Notes: a model not told the origin generated them from the sequence alone. A DNA stretch of 64,000 bases from Candidatus Levyibacteriota bacterium (GCA_963790825.1 CAWBPM010000002.1:551159-615158); one strand, 5' to 3'. Positions 19,203 to 29,882 are shown, counted from the first letter of the stretch. Numbers and translations are program-made.

Positions 19203-19694
19203 ATGACGAATAAGGATAAAGCGCTTCGTGAACAATTACTAGCACTTCTCCAAGGCGGTCACGCACATATGCCGTTTGACGAGACAGTAAAAGACTTTCC
19301 TAGGGGAAAAATAAATACTCTATTCCCTAATGGCATATATTCTGCTTGGGGACTTTTGGAACATATCCGAAGAACCCAAAATGATATCCTCGAATTTATC
19401 GTCAGTCCGAAATATAAAGAAAAAGAGTGGCCGAAGGACTACTGGCCTGAGCGTACGAAAAAAGCAACACAGAAGGATTGGGAAAATACTATCAAGCAAT
19501 ATAAGATAGATTTGAAAAAGTTATGTTCGATTATTGCAAAGCAAAAAACCAATCTTTATGAGAAAATTCCGCATGGAGATGGGCAAACAATTCTCCGTGA
19601 AATGCTATTAGTTGCGGATCATACAAGTTATCATCTCGGAGAATTTGCAATTATGCGCCAAGTCAGGAAAACCTGGGGCAAAAAACACAAGTAG
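19203..19694 (+). CDS. DinB/YfiT-like metal-dependent hydrolase superfamily protein
   Basis: His-containing helix motifs (GGHAHMPFDE, HTSYHLGEF). Confidence 0.6.
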   Translation: MTNKDKALREQLLALLQGGHAHMPFDETVKDFPRGKINTLFPNGIYSAWGLLEHIRRTQNDILEFIVSPKYKEKEWPKDYWPERTKKATQKDWENTIKQYKIDLKKLCSIIAKQKTNLYEKIPHGDGQTILREMLLVADHTSYHLGEFAIMRQVRKTWGKKHK

Positions 19695-19739
19695 CTTCAA
19701 ATACAAAATGAAAAATGAGTAAGCGCGAATTAAACCGTA

Positions 19740-21272
19740 TCACTTTGGATACAGTCTTGACAATTCCGCTAATTCTTTATATGCGTCTTTAGATACCCGG
19801 TCATGCAGTAATGGATCAATATATTTAGAATGTAATGTTTTAATATAATATTCTTTAGCTTTTTGGTAATTTCCGGCGCCTTGATATGCATGTGCAAGAT
19901 TGGAAAGAGTGACTTGGTAAGGATACAGCGCTACCGATTTATTGAAATGCCGTATTGCTTTATCATAATTTTGCCTTGACTCGTATTCAAATCCAAGATT
20001 ATTCTCTATATCGTAATTCGTTTCTATGTTACTATCATGCGTATACAGAGTAAAAGGATCGTGCCAATCCATATTTCTTATCACTGTTCTCCAGGCCAAT
20101 AATATCAGTACTATGCTTCCTGCAATATAACCAGCAACTCTTATTTTATGACCTGGTAATTTTATTGATTGTAAAACAACTCCCAACATTCCTAAAAAAC
20201 CAGCGATTGGGCAATAAAGCAATCGATCTGCGACGGTAACATCATTAGAAAAAAATGGCAAGTTAATAAATAATCCTCCGAGAAACCACAATGAAAAAAA
20301 CAGGAAGATAGATCTCTGGCTGTCTTTTTTCAACCGATATAGATAAACTGTGATAAGCAATAACAAACCAATCTCTATAACCAAAGGGAGATAAAAGTGG
20401 TAATAATCGATAGTTTTGATTACCCATTGTTGATCTATAACCAATCGTATTGGTAAAAATAATATGTTAATATAGTAGAAAATAATTGCCGGTATGTTGA
20501 TAAGTCTTTGAGATAAATTAAGCTGATTGATTGTTCCGCCGCTGGGTTTTGCAATTAATATTCCTCCAACTACGACACGCATAAAAAGATAAATTAAACA
20601 AGCAGTAGCAGCCGTTAAAGAAAACTTAACCAGATACTTTTTCTTAACAAATAGCAAGTAGAAAAAAATAATGATTAAAAAAAGTAAGCCAGTTTCCTTG
20701 GTAAGTAAAGATAATAAGAGTAAGCCTGATATTCCAAACCATCTTTTGAATGTAAGATTACTTTTTAGACAAAGTAGTAAAGCAGTTATGCCGAAGAAAA
20801 AGAATATCGGACTGTTTGAGGCTGTAATATAGGTAACTGATTCTACTTGAGCCGGGTGAAAAAGAAAGATTAAAGAAAGAAATAAAGAGATCTTCTTGCT
20901 AAAAAAATGCTTAAAAAGATAGAAAACTAATATTACGTCTATTATATGCAGCGTCAATTGAAAAATATGATAGAAGAAAACTGCGTCGTGAAACGATAAA
21001 TAAATTAACGTAAAATATAAAACAGTAATTGGTCGGTAAAATGAAGATTCACTGTTAAAAAAACTTTGACCAAATATTTTTTCTATATTAAAAGAATGTA
21101 CCTCGGGATTATTTTGAATATACGAAAGATCATCCATAACAAATCCGTTAAAAAGCATGTTGGAAAAAACTATAAGTCCGACAATAACAATAATATGGGT
21201 TGCTTTTAACGTTGTCAGGGGTAGGAATAGTCTTTTGAAAGAAAATTCTTCCACTCGCAGCTCATCAGACAT
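19740..21272 (-). CDS. polytopic membrane protein with C-terminal TPR repeats (PMT/ArnT-like GT-C architecture)
   Basis: About 11 transmembrane helices, then TPR units (NNLGFEYESRQNYDKAIRHF..., LSNLAHAYQGAGNYQKAKEYY). Confidence 0.6.
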   Translation of the reverse strand: MSDELRVEEFSFKRLFLPLTTLKATHIIVIVGLIVFSNMLFNGFVMDDLSYIQNNPEVHSFNIEKIFGQSFFNSESSFYRPITVLYFTLIYLSFHDAVFFYHIFQLTLHIIDVILVFYLFKHFFSKKISLFLSLIFLFHPAQVESVTYITASNSPIFFFFGITALLLCLKSNLTFKRWFGISGLLLLSLLTKETGLLFLIIIFFYLLFVKKKYLVKFSLTAATACLIYLFMRVVVGGILIAKPSGGTINQLNLSQRLINIPAIIFYYINILFLPIRLVIDQQWVIKTIDYYHFYLPLVIEIGLLLLITVYLYRLKKDSQRSIFLFFSLWFLGGLFINLPFFSNDVTVADRLLYCPIAGFLGMLGVVLQSIKLPGHKIRVAGYIAGSIVLILLAWRTVIRNMDWHDPFTLYTHDSNIETNYDIENNLGFEYESRQNYDKAIRHFNKSVALYPYQVTLSNLAHAYQGAGNYQKAKEYYIKTLHSKYIDPLLHDRVSKDAYKELAELSRLYPK

Positions 21273-21324
21273 ATACTTAATAATAATTGAGAAGTAATCT
21301 ACTTACAAGACTATATCAGGGAAG

Positions 21325-22662
21325 TTATTTTGTTATGCCTAAGCGTTCGTAAGCAGTATCAATGTTTTTCAAATAAAAATCCGGACTGAATATTTCATTC
21401 ATCTGCTTTTTCTTAATCATCCCCGAAATCTGCGGATCTTGCGATGCAAGGCGCTTTAACGGGGTTTTTTCATCCATTGCTTGCTGTGAAAGTTTTTTTA
21501 CCAGATCATACGCTTGCGTTCGACCCATTCCTGCGTCTACCATAGTATTTAAGAGACGGGAACTGTAAATTGCTCCATATGTTCTGTTCATGTTTTCCCG
21601 CATCCGATCAGGAAATACGACCAAATCGGCAATTACTCCGGTCGTAAGTTTAGTAGCATAGTCCAAAGCGCCAAACTGATCAGGGAAAGAAAACCGCTCA
21701 GTCGATGAATGACTGATATCGCGTTCAAGCCATGAGGGCATTGTTTCAAGTTCTATTGCAGCGCTGCCTCGAATGATACGATTTAACCCCGCTACCCTTT
21801 CAGATACATCAGGATTTCTTTTATGCGGCATTGCCGATGATCCCTGTTTGGTTTGCTGATCAAAAGGTTCTTGCACCTCCCCGATGTCTGTCATCGCGAG
21901 AAGCCGAATATCTGTTGTTATTCTCTCAAGCGTCCCGCCATTGACCGCCATGAGACTGGTAACTTCTGCATGTCGATCCCGGCTTATTATTTGTGCCGGA
22001 GCCGGATCAGGTTTCAGTCCTAAGATAACAAGCGACCGCTCTTCAAGTTTTGGATCGATAAAGACATTTGTCCCGACCTCGCCTGAACATTTCCCGACTG
22101 CGATAACTTCTTTTGCCCGCTTAAATCTATCCATTCCCCTGGTAGTCTCTGAGTACCAGCCAAGCACTTGCCGACCAAATGTCTGAGGAATTGCATGCTG
22201 TCCATGCGTTCTTGCAATTTGAAGAGTCCTTCTGTGTTTTTTCGCCTGATCCAAAAGTGCCCCGCTCAACTTTCCAAAATCTTCTTCACAGACATCAAGA
22301 GACTCACGGATTTGTAATGCAAGCCCTGTATCTAAAATGTCACTACTTGTATTGCCTCTATGAATATAGTTTCCAAGCTCTGGACGAAGACGTGACTGAA
22401 CTTTTCGCAGTAATTTATTCGTTTCGTGTCCTTCTGCTTTATTAAAATCCGCCAGGTCCTCAGGAGTTAATACCAATGCCCGCTCAATCTGTTCTACTTC
22501 TTCCGCAGTTGGGTCTCCGTAAAGTTCGTGTCGTGCTCTTGTCTGCGCCAGCCAAATTCTTCCCTGCGCCCTCGCGTATCCTTCAGGCTTCCAAATCCTG
22601 GCTATTTCCGGCACTTCCCCTTCATATCTAGCTGGTAGCGGCATATATTTATTGAGAAACAC
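21325..22662 (-). CDS. purB: adenylosuccinate lyase
   Basis: Fumarate-lyase signature GSSAMPHKRNP. N-terminal IWKPEGYA...W and HRGNTSSDILDT follow the PurB pattern. Confidence 0.85.
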   Translation of the reverse strand: MFLNKYMPLPARYEGEVPEIARIWKPEGYARAQGRIWLAQTRARHELYGDPTAEEVEQIERALVLTPEDLADFNKAEGHETNKLLRKVQSRLRPELGNYIHRGNTSSDILDTGLALQIRESLDVCEEDFGKLSGALLDQAKKHRRTLQIARTHGQHAIPQTFGRQVLGWYSETTRGMDRFKRAKEVIAVGKCSGEVGTNVFIDPKLEERSLVILGLKPDPAPAQIISRDRHAEVTSLMAVNGGTLERITTDIRLLAMTDIGEVQEPFDQQTKQGSSAMPHKRNPDVSERVAGLNRIIRGSAAIELETMPSWLERDISHSSTERFSFPDQFGALDYATKLTTGVIADLVVFPDRMRENMNRTYGAIYSSRLLNTMVDAGMGRTQAYDLVKKLSQQAMDEKTPLKRLASQDPQISGMIKKKQMNEIFSPDFYLKNIDTAYERLGITK

Positions 22663-22760
22663 TATATAGTAGGAATTGCCTTAAGTCAAGAGAGATAAAT
22701 GAATATATATTTAATGATTTTTTCCACCAATTATAAAGAGGACGTTGAATCTAGTTCAGC

Positions 22761-22789
22761 TTGACATATTAAGATTTACTAATTATAAT
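22761..22789 (+). promoter_or_regulatory. sigma70-like promoter (TTGACA, 17 nt spacer, TATAAT)
   Basis: Perfect consensus hexamers 150 bp upstream of the 22942 gene. Confidence 0.45.
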
Positions 22790-22941
22790 GACCAAAATTA
22801 CAGACCCACTTTTATATCCTAAATCCCCTAATACTCAGTCATAAAAATAATTTACAACCTGTAAATTATTTTAAAATAGCGCTCGTTTTTCCTGTTTTTT
22901 TGGGGAAAGATTTTGCGGCTTAATATTGACATAAACAAATT

Positions 22942-23637
22942 ATGCTTAAAGAAAGGTTTGAAAATATATTACATAAAACCAAGCGCAGTTCTTATGCAGG
23001 GATATTAGCTGTCTCATCGCTTTTTACCCCGGCAATCTATGCAAAGGCGCAAACTATTCAAAACGAAATGAGTCCTCCCTATTGTACGGGTCAAGCCCAA
23101 GATAATACAATTATACAGTCTGCGACAATAGAACATTCCCCCACCACCCTTCAAAATCCTGAAGTTGTATTTACTAGCCTACACGATAATTATACTAATT
23201 CTCAGGAAATTAGATTTCCCCAAGTCGTTTATCCCGATTCAACTACTAACCAGCAATATATTAAACAATATAAACATAGGAAGCATTCGAAAATACGCGA
23301 ATCAAGATACCAATTACATATTGATTCTAAAAAAATAAATCCCCCAGCCCATCTGCATACTACAAGGGAGATTCAAGCCTATGTCAGACATGCAACTGAT
23401 AATATGTGGGATGATGGTCAATGGCTGCCTGTCTTTAATATTGTATATTGCGAATCGAGATGGAACCCAACAGCCGGAAGTAAATTCGGGCCTTATGGAC
23501 TTTTTCAGGATGAAGCCGGATTCAATGGAGATTATAGTATTCCTCATCAGGTATATGTTGGGCTAAATTATATAAAAGATACTTACGCTACTCCAGCTAA
23601 GGCTTGGGTTCATTGGCAACAATGGTCATCATATTAA
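22942..23637 (+). CDS. secreted transglycosylase-like (Rpf/lysozyme-like) domain protein
   Basis: N-terminal signal peptide. YCESRWNPTAGSKFGPYGLFQ resembles the Rpf/transglycosylase-like motif. Confidence 0.55.
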   Translation: MLKERFENILHKTKRSSYAGILAVSSLFTPAIYAKAQTIQNEMSPPYCTGQAQDNTIIQSATIEHSPTTLQNPEVVFTSLHDNYTNSQEIRFPQVVYPDSTTNQQYIKQYKHRKHSKIRESRYQLHIDSKKINPPAHLHTTREIQAYVRHATDNMWDDGQWLPVFNIVYCESRWNPTAGSKFGPYGLFQDEAGFNGDYSIPHQVYVGLNYIKDTYATPAKAWVHWQQWSSY

Positions 23638-23715
23638 AATAACAAACAACAAAATATTTCATACTGTTTTATTTATTCTTGTTGTAAATTTTCACTGTTA
23701 ATGTATAATTAATCT

Positions 23716-25065
23716 TTGGCGAAAAATAACAATTTTATGGACGATTTTTTTAGCAGGTCGCAAAAATACTTAACAACTGCAGCCCAAACAATTACTGTCA
23801 CTCAAAAACTACTGGATAAACTCGTGTTTCACGATAAAATATTGGAATTTGACTTACCGCTTATTCGGAAAAACGGAAAAAAACAGATTATAAAAGGCTA
23901 CAGGCTGCAACATGATAATACACTTGGTCCATATAAAGGAGGCCTGCGTTTCCACCCCAATGTTTCACTTGATGAGATAAAAGCACTTTCTCTTTTGATG
24001 ACTATCAAATGTGCTTTAATCGACATTCCTTTCGGCGGAGGTAAGGGTGGTATACAAATTGATCCGAAATCTTTAAGCGAAATTGAGCTCGAAGAATTGA
24101 CGCGTGAATTTACCAGGCAACTGGTAAAGCATATTGGTCCTGAGAAAGATATTCCTGCCCCTGATGTAAATACCAATTCGAAAATTATGTCTTGGATAGT
24201 TGATGAATATAAAAAACAAATAAAAAAAACAGAAAATAATAAATACTCCGATAATCAATTACATGCAGTTGTAACCGGAAAGCCGATTGAACTGGGAGGA
24301 TCTGAAGGCAGGACTCAAGCGACGGGTTATGGCGGAACATATGCGCTGCTTGCTGTTCTGAAAATATTAAATAAGAAACCTCAGGATTTAACAGTCGCAG
24401 TACAGGGGTTTGGGAATGTCGGTAAATATGTAGCAGAGTCTATGCAAAAAGCAGGCTTCAAGGTAGTTGCCGTATCCGACTCAAAGATAGGAATTTACAT
24501 TCCAACCGGATTACCTGATATAAGCAAAATAGCCAAGTATAAAGAGCAAAGAGGGTTTCTGGCAGGATGCTATTGTATTGGGGACGTTTGTGATATCAGA
24601 AATAAAGAAAAGGTCGGCGGGAAAGATATTAAACCGGAAGATATTCTGACTCTTAATGTGGATATAATCGTTCCTGCAGCTTTAGAAAACGTTATTACTA
24701 AAAATAATGTAAATGATATAAAGGCAAAAATTGTTTTGGAAATGGCTAATGGTCCAATCACCGCTGACGCGGATAATATATTGCAGAAAAAAGGAATTTT
24801 GGTAATTCCGGATATTTTAGCTAATTCGGGAGGCGTAGCGGTAAGTTATTTTGAATGGTTCCAAAATATGCATAACGAAAAATGGACAAAAAAGGAAGTC
24901 TTAAATAAGCTACGAACAAAAATGGAGAAAGCTACAATCGATGTTTATAAACTGCATAGAAAATATCAAGTACCACTACGTATTGCGGCTTACATTAATG
25001 CATTACAAAGAATACAAAAAGCATGGAGAAGTAAAAATAGGAAAATAAAAATTAGTAGTAAATAA
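23716..25065 (+). CDS. gdhA: glutamate dehydrogenase
   Basis: GPYKGGLRFHP...IPFGGGKGG catalytic region. Rossmann motif GFGNVG. Confidence 0.9.
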   Translation: MAKNNNFMDDFFSRSQKYLTTAAQTITVTQKLLDKLVFHDKILEFDLPLIRKNGKKQIIKGYRLQHDNTLGPYKGGLRFHPNVSLDEIKALSLLMTIKCALIDIPFGGGKGGIQIDPKSLSEIELEELTREFTRQLVKHIGPEKDIPAPDVNTNSKIMSWIVDEYKKQIKKTENNKYSDNQLHAVVTGKPIELGGSEGRTQATGYGGTYALLAVLKILNKKPQDLTVAVQGFGNVGKYVAESMQKAGFKVVAVSDSKIGIYIPTGLPDISKIAKYKEQRGFLAGCYCIGDVCDIRNKEKVGGKDIKPEDILTLNVDIIVPAALENVITKNNVNDIKAKIVLEMANGPITADADNILQKKGILVIPDILANSGGVAVSYFEWFQNMHNEKWTKKEVLNKLRTKMEKATIDVYKLHRKYQVPLRIAAYINALQRIQKAWRSKNRKIKISSK

Positions 25066-25067
25066 TA

Positions 25068-26576
25068 TTATCCTATGCTTTTTCGAAGTATTGCCGATTC
25101 TGCAATGAGTTCTGTCATCGGTTTTTTGTTTTTGAACATTTTATAGATATGAGACACTAGGTAGTGATGCTCTTTTTCCGAGTCGCTAACCGGAATCAAT
25201 TCTTCACCTAAATATTCCTCAACTCCGGTAATATCCTGCAGTACTTCTTCTACCTCCGATGATTTCCTGACTAATTTTACTAAAACATCTTTGTTGACAA
25301 ATCTTCCCGATTGTAACAGGTCGCTTTTTAAATGAATGTAATATTTTTCAATAAGCGGCAGTAATCCCATTTTTTTCGCCCGCCGGAGTCCCCTGCCGGT
25401 ACCGATCATTTCGGGCGGGATACCAAGTGAATACAAAGCTCCTGTGAATCCGATTGCCCGGGGAAGTCTTACTCTTCCGACACCTCTGGAATAGCCGAAC
25501 AGTCCGATATGCTGTACCCGCTCGCGTCTTTTCGGTAACTGCGACGCGACTTCATTTATCACATCTGCCATTCCCTCCACTGTTTTTTTATAATACCGCT
25601 CAAATATGGGAATCATTTCTATTAATTCTTGCTCTTCCTGCTTGCTAATTACTGCTGCTTCCCCGAGCGGTAATAATTGCTCAAGTTCTGAAATTCCCCG
25701 TATCACACTATGTTTGCCGAAGTCATATCGGAAAGCACTTTGCAGCAGGGCTGTTCTGATTCCTCTATATTCTTCTGCGAATTTCTTTATATGCAGTGGG
25801 GATAATCCGCCGCGGAAAGGTAAAGTAGCTGAGCCGATAATCGGGAAAAGCTCAATTTGTTCTTTTTTCGTCAGCGTTCTATATCTGGACAGTGCAATTT
25901 TTATCGCGAGAACTGTGGGCACCAAACCCGAATTAAGCGCCGGATCCGACCTGGCAAGATACGGACGGATATACGCTGGGGTAAAACCAAATTTCATTTT
26001 GTGCATCTGTAAATATCTTTTAAGAATTGCGTCAGAACTCATAATCGTTCCCACTTGTTCGAAAAGCGGTATAACCTCAATATGTTTCAAAGAATCGTTT
26101 TCCAAACGGTACAGTTTATGTTTCAGATTCGCAATTTCCGAAAATGCTTCCTGAATATCAATCATCTCTTCTGCGCTCTCAGTCATCGGCAGAATTACTT
26201 CAAAAAGTGATGGGTTATGGAGACCAAACTTACTCGCCATTGAGGTGGAGCTCAAAATCCCCATAAAAGCTCTCCCCAAGCGAAATTCTGTTTCGACTGT
26301 TGGATTCGGAAGACGAAATGTCAGAAATTTATCTTTTCCCAATTGATTTTTTTTAAAAAAATCATAATGAGTAGATAAAAGCCGCTCCATGACCGACTCA
26401 TCAACCAATTTCCCTTCCCAATCCCATTTATACTCACTGCTTCCAAGCTCTGAGAAAGATAAAAAACACTCTTCTGCTTCGTATTGCGTGCTGATAAATG
26501 CCTGGTTATGCCAATAGGGAATTCCCGCGTGATCCGGATGCTGGGAAACCATAGTAGCTGAAATTTTTCTTCGCAT
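25068..26576 (-). CDS. archaeal-type phosphoenolpyruvate carboxylase
   Basis: About 500 aa. The N-terminal MVSQHPDH matches the PEPcase_2 MSTQHPDN start. Confidence 0.7.
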   Translation of the reverse strand: MRRKISATMVSQHPDHAGIPYWHNQAFISTQYEAEECFLSFSELGSSEYKWDWEGKLVDESVMERLLSTHYDFFKKNQLGKDKFLTFRLPNPTVETEFRLGRAFMGILSSTSMASKFGLHNPSLFEVILPMTESAEEMIDIQEAFSEIANLKHKLYRLENDSLKHIEVIPLFEQVGTIMSSDAILKRYLQMHKMKFGFTPAYIRPYLARSDPALNSGLVPTVLAIKIALSRYRTLTKKEQIELFPIIGSATLPFRGGLSPLHIKKFAEEYRGIRTALLQSAFRYDFGKHSVIRGISELEQLLPLGEAAVISKQEEQELIEMIPIFERYYKKTVEGMADVINEVASQLPKRRERVQHIGLFGYSRGVGRVRLPRAIGFTGALYSLGIPPEMIGTGRGLRRAKKMGLLPLIEKYYIHLKSDLLQSGRFVNKDVLVKLVRKSSEVEEVLQDITGVEEYLGEELIPVSDSEKEHHYLVSHIYKMFKNKKPMTELIAESAILRKSIG

Positions 26577-26646
26577 ATTTATTGACGGGCTGATTATAGC
26601 ACCTTTCTAAGAGGTATTTCAAAATTGTGAAAAGTATTTTTGGAAA

Positions 26647-27528
26647 TTATATTGAGACAATAAAATCTGTAAAAGATTTTCTGACTGTTTGAGGATCATT
26701 TTGCCTGACAACATCGGAGATAAAAGTTGCCAGGGGTAATTCTACTTTTGCTTGCGCTTTAAAATATTCGATTGAAGGAAGAGAATCAAAACCTTCAACT
26801 GTACTGTTTACCTTACACAGAGACTCTTCGACGGAATATTGCGTAAGGAACGCTCCAAAACTAAAATTTCTGCTCTCAATACTATTGCAAGTAAGAATTA
26901 AATCACCTAAAGTTCCGGCAGTCATATCGGAATCAATACTGAGATGAAGATTTTTGTACCAGTTACTCATTTCTTCTATTGCAAGTATAATTAGTTTTAT
27001 TCTGGTATTTGTTCCGTATCCAAGTCCATCCGCCAGTCCGCAAACAATCGCATAGATATTCTTAAATGCCGCAGAAAATTCTAATATTTCTACCCCTTTT
27101 GTTAATTTTACCTTGAAAAAATCTGTCTGGAAAAGTTCCTGAATCTTATTAATGTTTTTACCTTCTTTTTTATAACCGAGATTTACCAGTGTCGGCATTT
27201 TTTTAACTACTTCGTCTGCAAAACTCGGTCCTATTAATGTGTAATACTCTATATCGTTTCCCAAAACTTCATGTACGATTTGCCAAGGAAAAAGATGTGT
27301 ATTTTTTTCTATTCCTTTCGCCGTATTTACTATTATTTTATTTTCTCCGGAAAAAGAAATATATTGCAGGCAATCTCTGATAGATTGGGTTGGAACGGAT
27401 AAAATGATTGTGTCCTGGTCGGAAGATTTTTCTTCTCGCTTTAAAAAAGAAACCGTTGAACAGTTTTGTTCTACTACTGAAAACATAGCTCTTCCCCAAA
27501 CTCCATTTCCTAATATTTTTACTTTCAT
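26647..27528 (-). CDS. gpsA: NAD(P)H-dependent glycerol-3-phosphate dehydrogenase
   Basis: ILGNGVWG Rossmann motif. Length and profile are GpsA-like. Confidence 0.65.
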   Translation of the reverse strand: MKVKILGNGVWGRAMFSVVEQNCSTVSFLKREEKSSDQDTIILSVPTQSIRDCLQYISFSGENKIIVNTAKGIEKNTHLFPWQIVHEVLGNDIEYYTLIGPSFADEVVKKMPTLVNLGYKKEGKNINKIQELFQTDFFKVKLTKGVEILEFSAAFKNIYAIVCGLADGLGYGTNTRIKLIILAIEEMSNWYKNLHLSIDSDMTAGTLGDLILTCNSIESRNFSFGAFLTQYSVEESLCKVNSTVEGFDSLPSIEYFKAQAKVELPLATFISDVVRQNDPQTVRKSFTDFIVSI

Positions 27529-27639
27529 TACCTGAAGTATAGAAGATTTTACAGCAAAAATAAACTAAATCATCCTTATTATCCTATTTAGTTAAGGCAC
27601 TATCGAGTCTTGACGAAGTTGGAGTTTTTTTTATAGACA

Positions 27640-28212
27640 TCAAATGATAGGTATTACTCTTATTTTTTTCTGATGCTGGGGTGATTTAGAAGAATCAACG
27701 CCATATAATATTACTTCTTTACAGGGAAAATTCCACTTTATTTTATCTAATCGTAAACGAAGCTTTTCTCTATTCTTAATAAAACTCCTCTTTGCCGAAT
27801 TATTCACCATTTTTCCTATTGTTAAATGCGGATGGAACGAATTCATGTTATCAGTATCGCTATATGGTGCCAATATCTCAGAAAGCTTTTTATTGAAAGC
27901 AACCAACGGAGTAGGATGGATAACGTTTAAATATAAAACTTTGGGATTAGCCCGGGTAAAATAATCAAATCCCCCGACAGTTAGTAAAGAATTGCCTAGG
28001 ATACTCAGTTTTGGTTTTATTAGATCAATAATCGTATCTACCATGTTCTGAGATTGTTTATTCAAATAATAGAGAGTTATATGAGGAGTTTTTGCCTGAG
28101 CGGTCTCAATATTTGCATCAATTATTTTAATTTCTTTTAATAATTTCTCAAATTCTTCCTGATATTCTTGCGGCAGCGCTATTCCTATGAAACAGGAAGA
28201 ATAAACTTTCAT
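27640..28212 (-). CDS. 2H phosphoesterase (LigT/2'-5' RNA ligase-like)
   Basis: Two H-x-T/S-x motifs (PHITLYY, HPHLTIGK). Confidence 0.6.
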   Translation of the reverse strand: MKVYSSCFIGIALPQEYQEEFEKLLKEIKIIDANIETAQAKTPHITLYYLNKQSQNMVDTIIDLIKPKLSILGNSLLTVGGFDYFTRANPKVLYLNVIHPTPLVAFNKKLSEILAPYSDTDNMNSFHPHLTIGKMVNNSAKRSFIKNREKLRLRLDKIKWNFPCKEVILYGVDSSKSPQHQKKIRVIPII

Positions 28213-28257
28213 CCGCTAATTATAACATCTTATTAATAAAGGCTCTGACAAAGTAGT

Positions 28258-28980
28258 TTATACTCCGGAGACGTGGAAGATTCGTCCGATACTGTAGGTT
28301 ATAACCATTGCCAGCGCTCCGCCTAATACTACGCGAACTGTTGCCCGAATTTTGTTGGCACCGCCTATTTTTGCACTCAGCACTCCGGTGATTGCGAGCG
28401 CGATAATGACCGAAATAAATGCAACGGGAACACGCATTGTCTCTGGGGGGGTCAATATAGCAATAAGTGGAATCATTGCACCGGTCAGAAATGACGCGGC
28501 AGACGCCAGGGCAGCATGCCAGGGATTTGTGAGATCATGCGGATCTATGCCAAGTTCCGCATCAAAATGTGCAGTATACGGATCATGTGCCGTCAGTTCT
28601 TTCGCAACAATCATTGCCGTATCCTTTTTTAAACCCTTAGTTTCATAGATTAAAGCCAATTCTCTAAGTTCCTCTTCCGGATATTCTTTAAGTTCCAAGC
28701 GTTCTTTTTTAAGTAACGCTTTTTCGCTGTCTCTCTGACTGCTGACGGACACATACTCGCCCGCAGCCATCGAAATTGTACCTGCAATAATTCCGGCAAT
28801 ACCCGCAGTCAGAATAACTCCTTGAGAGCTTGTAGCGCCGGCGACTCCGACAACCAATCCAGCGATAGAAACGATACCGTCATCTGCTCCGAGTACTGCG
28901 GCTCGAAGCCAGTTAAGTCGATACTTATAACCCGGTGAATATAGTTCTATAGGAGACTGTTCTTGAGTAATATTTTGCAT
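28258..28980 (-). CDS. VIT1/CCC1-family Fe/Mn transporter
   Basis: LGADDGIVSIAGLVVGVAGA and the family topology. Confidence 0.85.
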   Translation of the reverse strand: MQNITQEQSPIELYSPGYKYRLNWLRAAVLGADDGIVSIAGLVVGVAGATSSQGVILTAGIAGIIAGTISMAAGEYVSVSSQRDSEKALLKKERLELKEYPEEELRELALIYETKGLKKDTAMIVAKELTAHDPYTAHFDAELGIDPHDLTNPWHAALASAASFLTGAMIPLIAILTPPETMRVPVAFISVIIALAITGVLSAKIGGANKIRATVRVVLGGALAMVITYSIGRIFHVSGV

Positions 28981-29258
28981 AATAAATAAGCTATCCTTAT
29001 TTTAGCAGATGTGTTTATGAACTGAAATAAGATTTTTGAAATCGTTTCTCGTTTATTCAGCCTTTTTTCAGTATGGTATACTACCCTGATCAGTACACGA
29101 CCCGCCAAAGCTTACCCCGATTAAATCGGAGAACACTTGAGCGGCGGGCAAGGAAGGAGGCTTGCCCCTCCGTAGCCTGTACCTAAAACAGGAAATTATT
29201 TAATAGATAATTTAGGAGCGAAATCATCCATCGCTAAAGATTTGGGTGGCGAAGGGGG

Positions 29259-29867
29259 GTGAAATTAATGAAAACACAGAAATTATTAGTACCTTTTTTT
29301 GCGATTGTCTTGGTTAGTGGAATGTTTTTTGTAGCTCCAACAGCGTATGCTCAAACGACAAATTCCACCTCTCATGGAAATTTTTTCCAAGGGTTAATCC
29401 AATATATCGCGCAAAAATTTGGTCTTGATAAAACGCAGGTACAATCAGCGGTAAATAGTTATCAAGCGCAGAACAAAGCAAATATCACACCGCGTCCGAC
29501 ATTGACCACGCAGCAAATACAAGACAATGATAAAAGTAGACTCGATAAGCTTGTTACGCAGGGTAAAATAACACCATCACAAGAACAAGCCATTCTGGGT
29601 GAGCTGTCTTCTCTTCGCTCAAAATATAATTTGAGCAATATGCAGAGTCTAACTCCGCAAGAAAGACAATCACAATTCCAATCAATGCAAAACGACATAA
29701 AGACTTGGGCAACCACACAAGGAATTAATCCATCGTATGTCATGATGTTTGGTATGGGTGGTCCTCGAGGACGAGGAATGCGAGGACCGGGCGGACATTA
29801 CGGAGGTTGGGGTATGAAACCAACAGCAACTCCCAGCGCGACCGCTACGCCAACACCACAACAATAG
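29259..29867 (+). CDS. secreted Gln-rich protein with a Gly/Arg-rich C-terminal tail
   Basis: Signal peptide. GMGGPRGRGMRGPGGHYGGWG tail. Confidence 0.55.
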   Translation: MKLMKTQKLLVPFFAIVLVSGMFFVAPTAYAQTTNSTSHGNFFQGLIQYIAQKFGLDKTQVQSAVNSYQAQNKANITPRPTLTTQQIQDNDKSRLDKLVTQGKITPSQEQAILGELSSLRSKYNLSNMQSLTPQERQSQFQSMQNDIKTWATTQGINPSYVMMFGMGGPRGRGMRGPGGHYGGWGMKPTATPSATATPTPQQ

Positions 29868-29882
29868 TTGTTGGGATTCTTA

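Noticed and set aside
25606-26154. 182-aa plus-strand ORF
   Set aside because: It lies entirely antisense within the PEP carboxylase gene. Cys/Ser-rich low-complexity translation.
29100-29180. ZTP (pfl) riboswitch, from a GGGTCGTG match on the minus strand
   Set aside because: Only an 8-nt match. The downstream gene is a metal transporter rather than a purine or folate gene, and the rest of the pfl consensus is absent.
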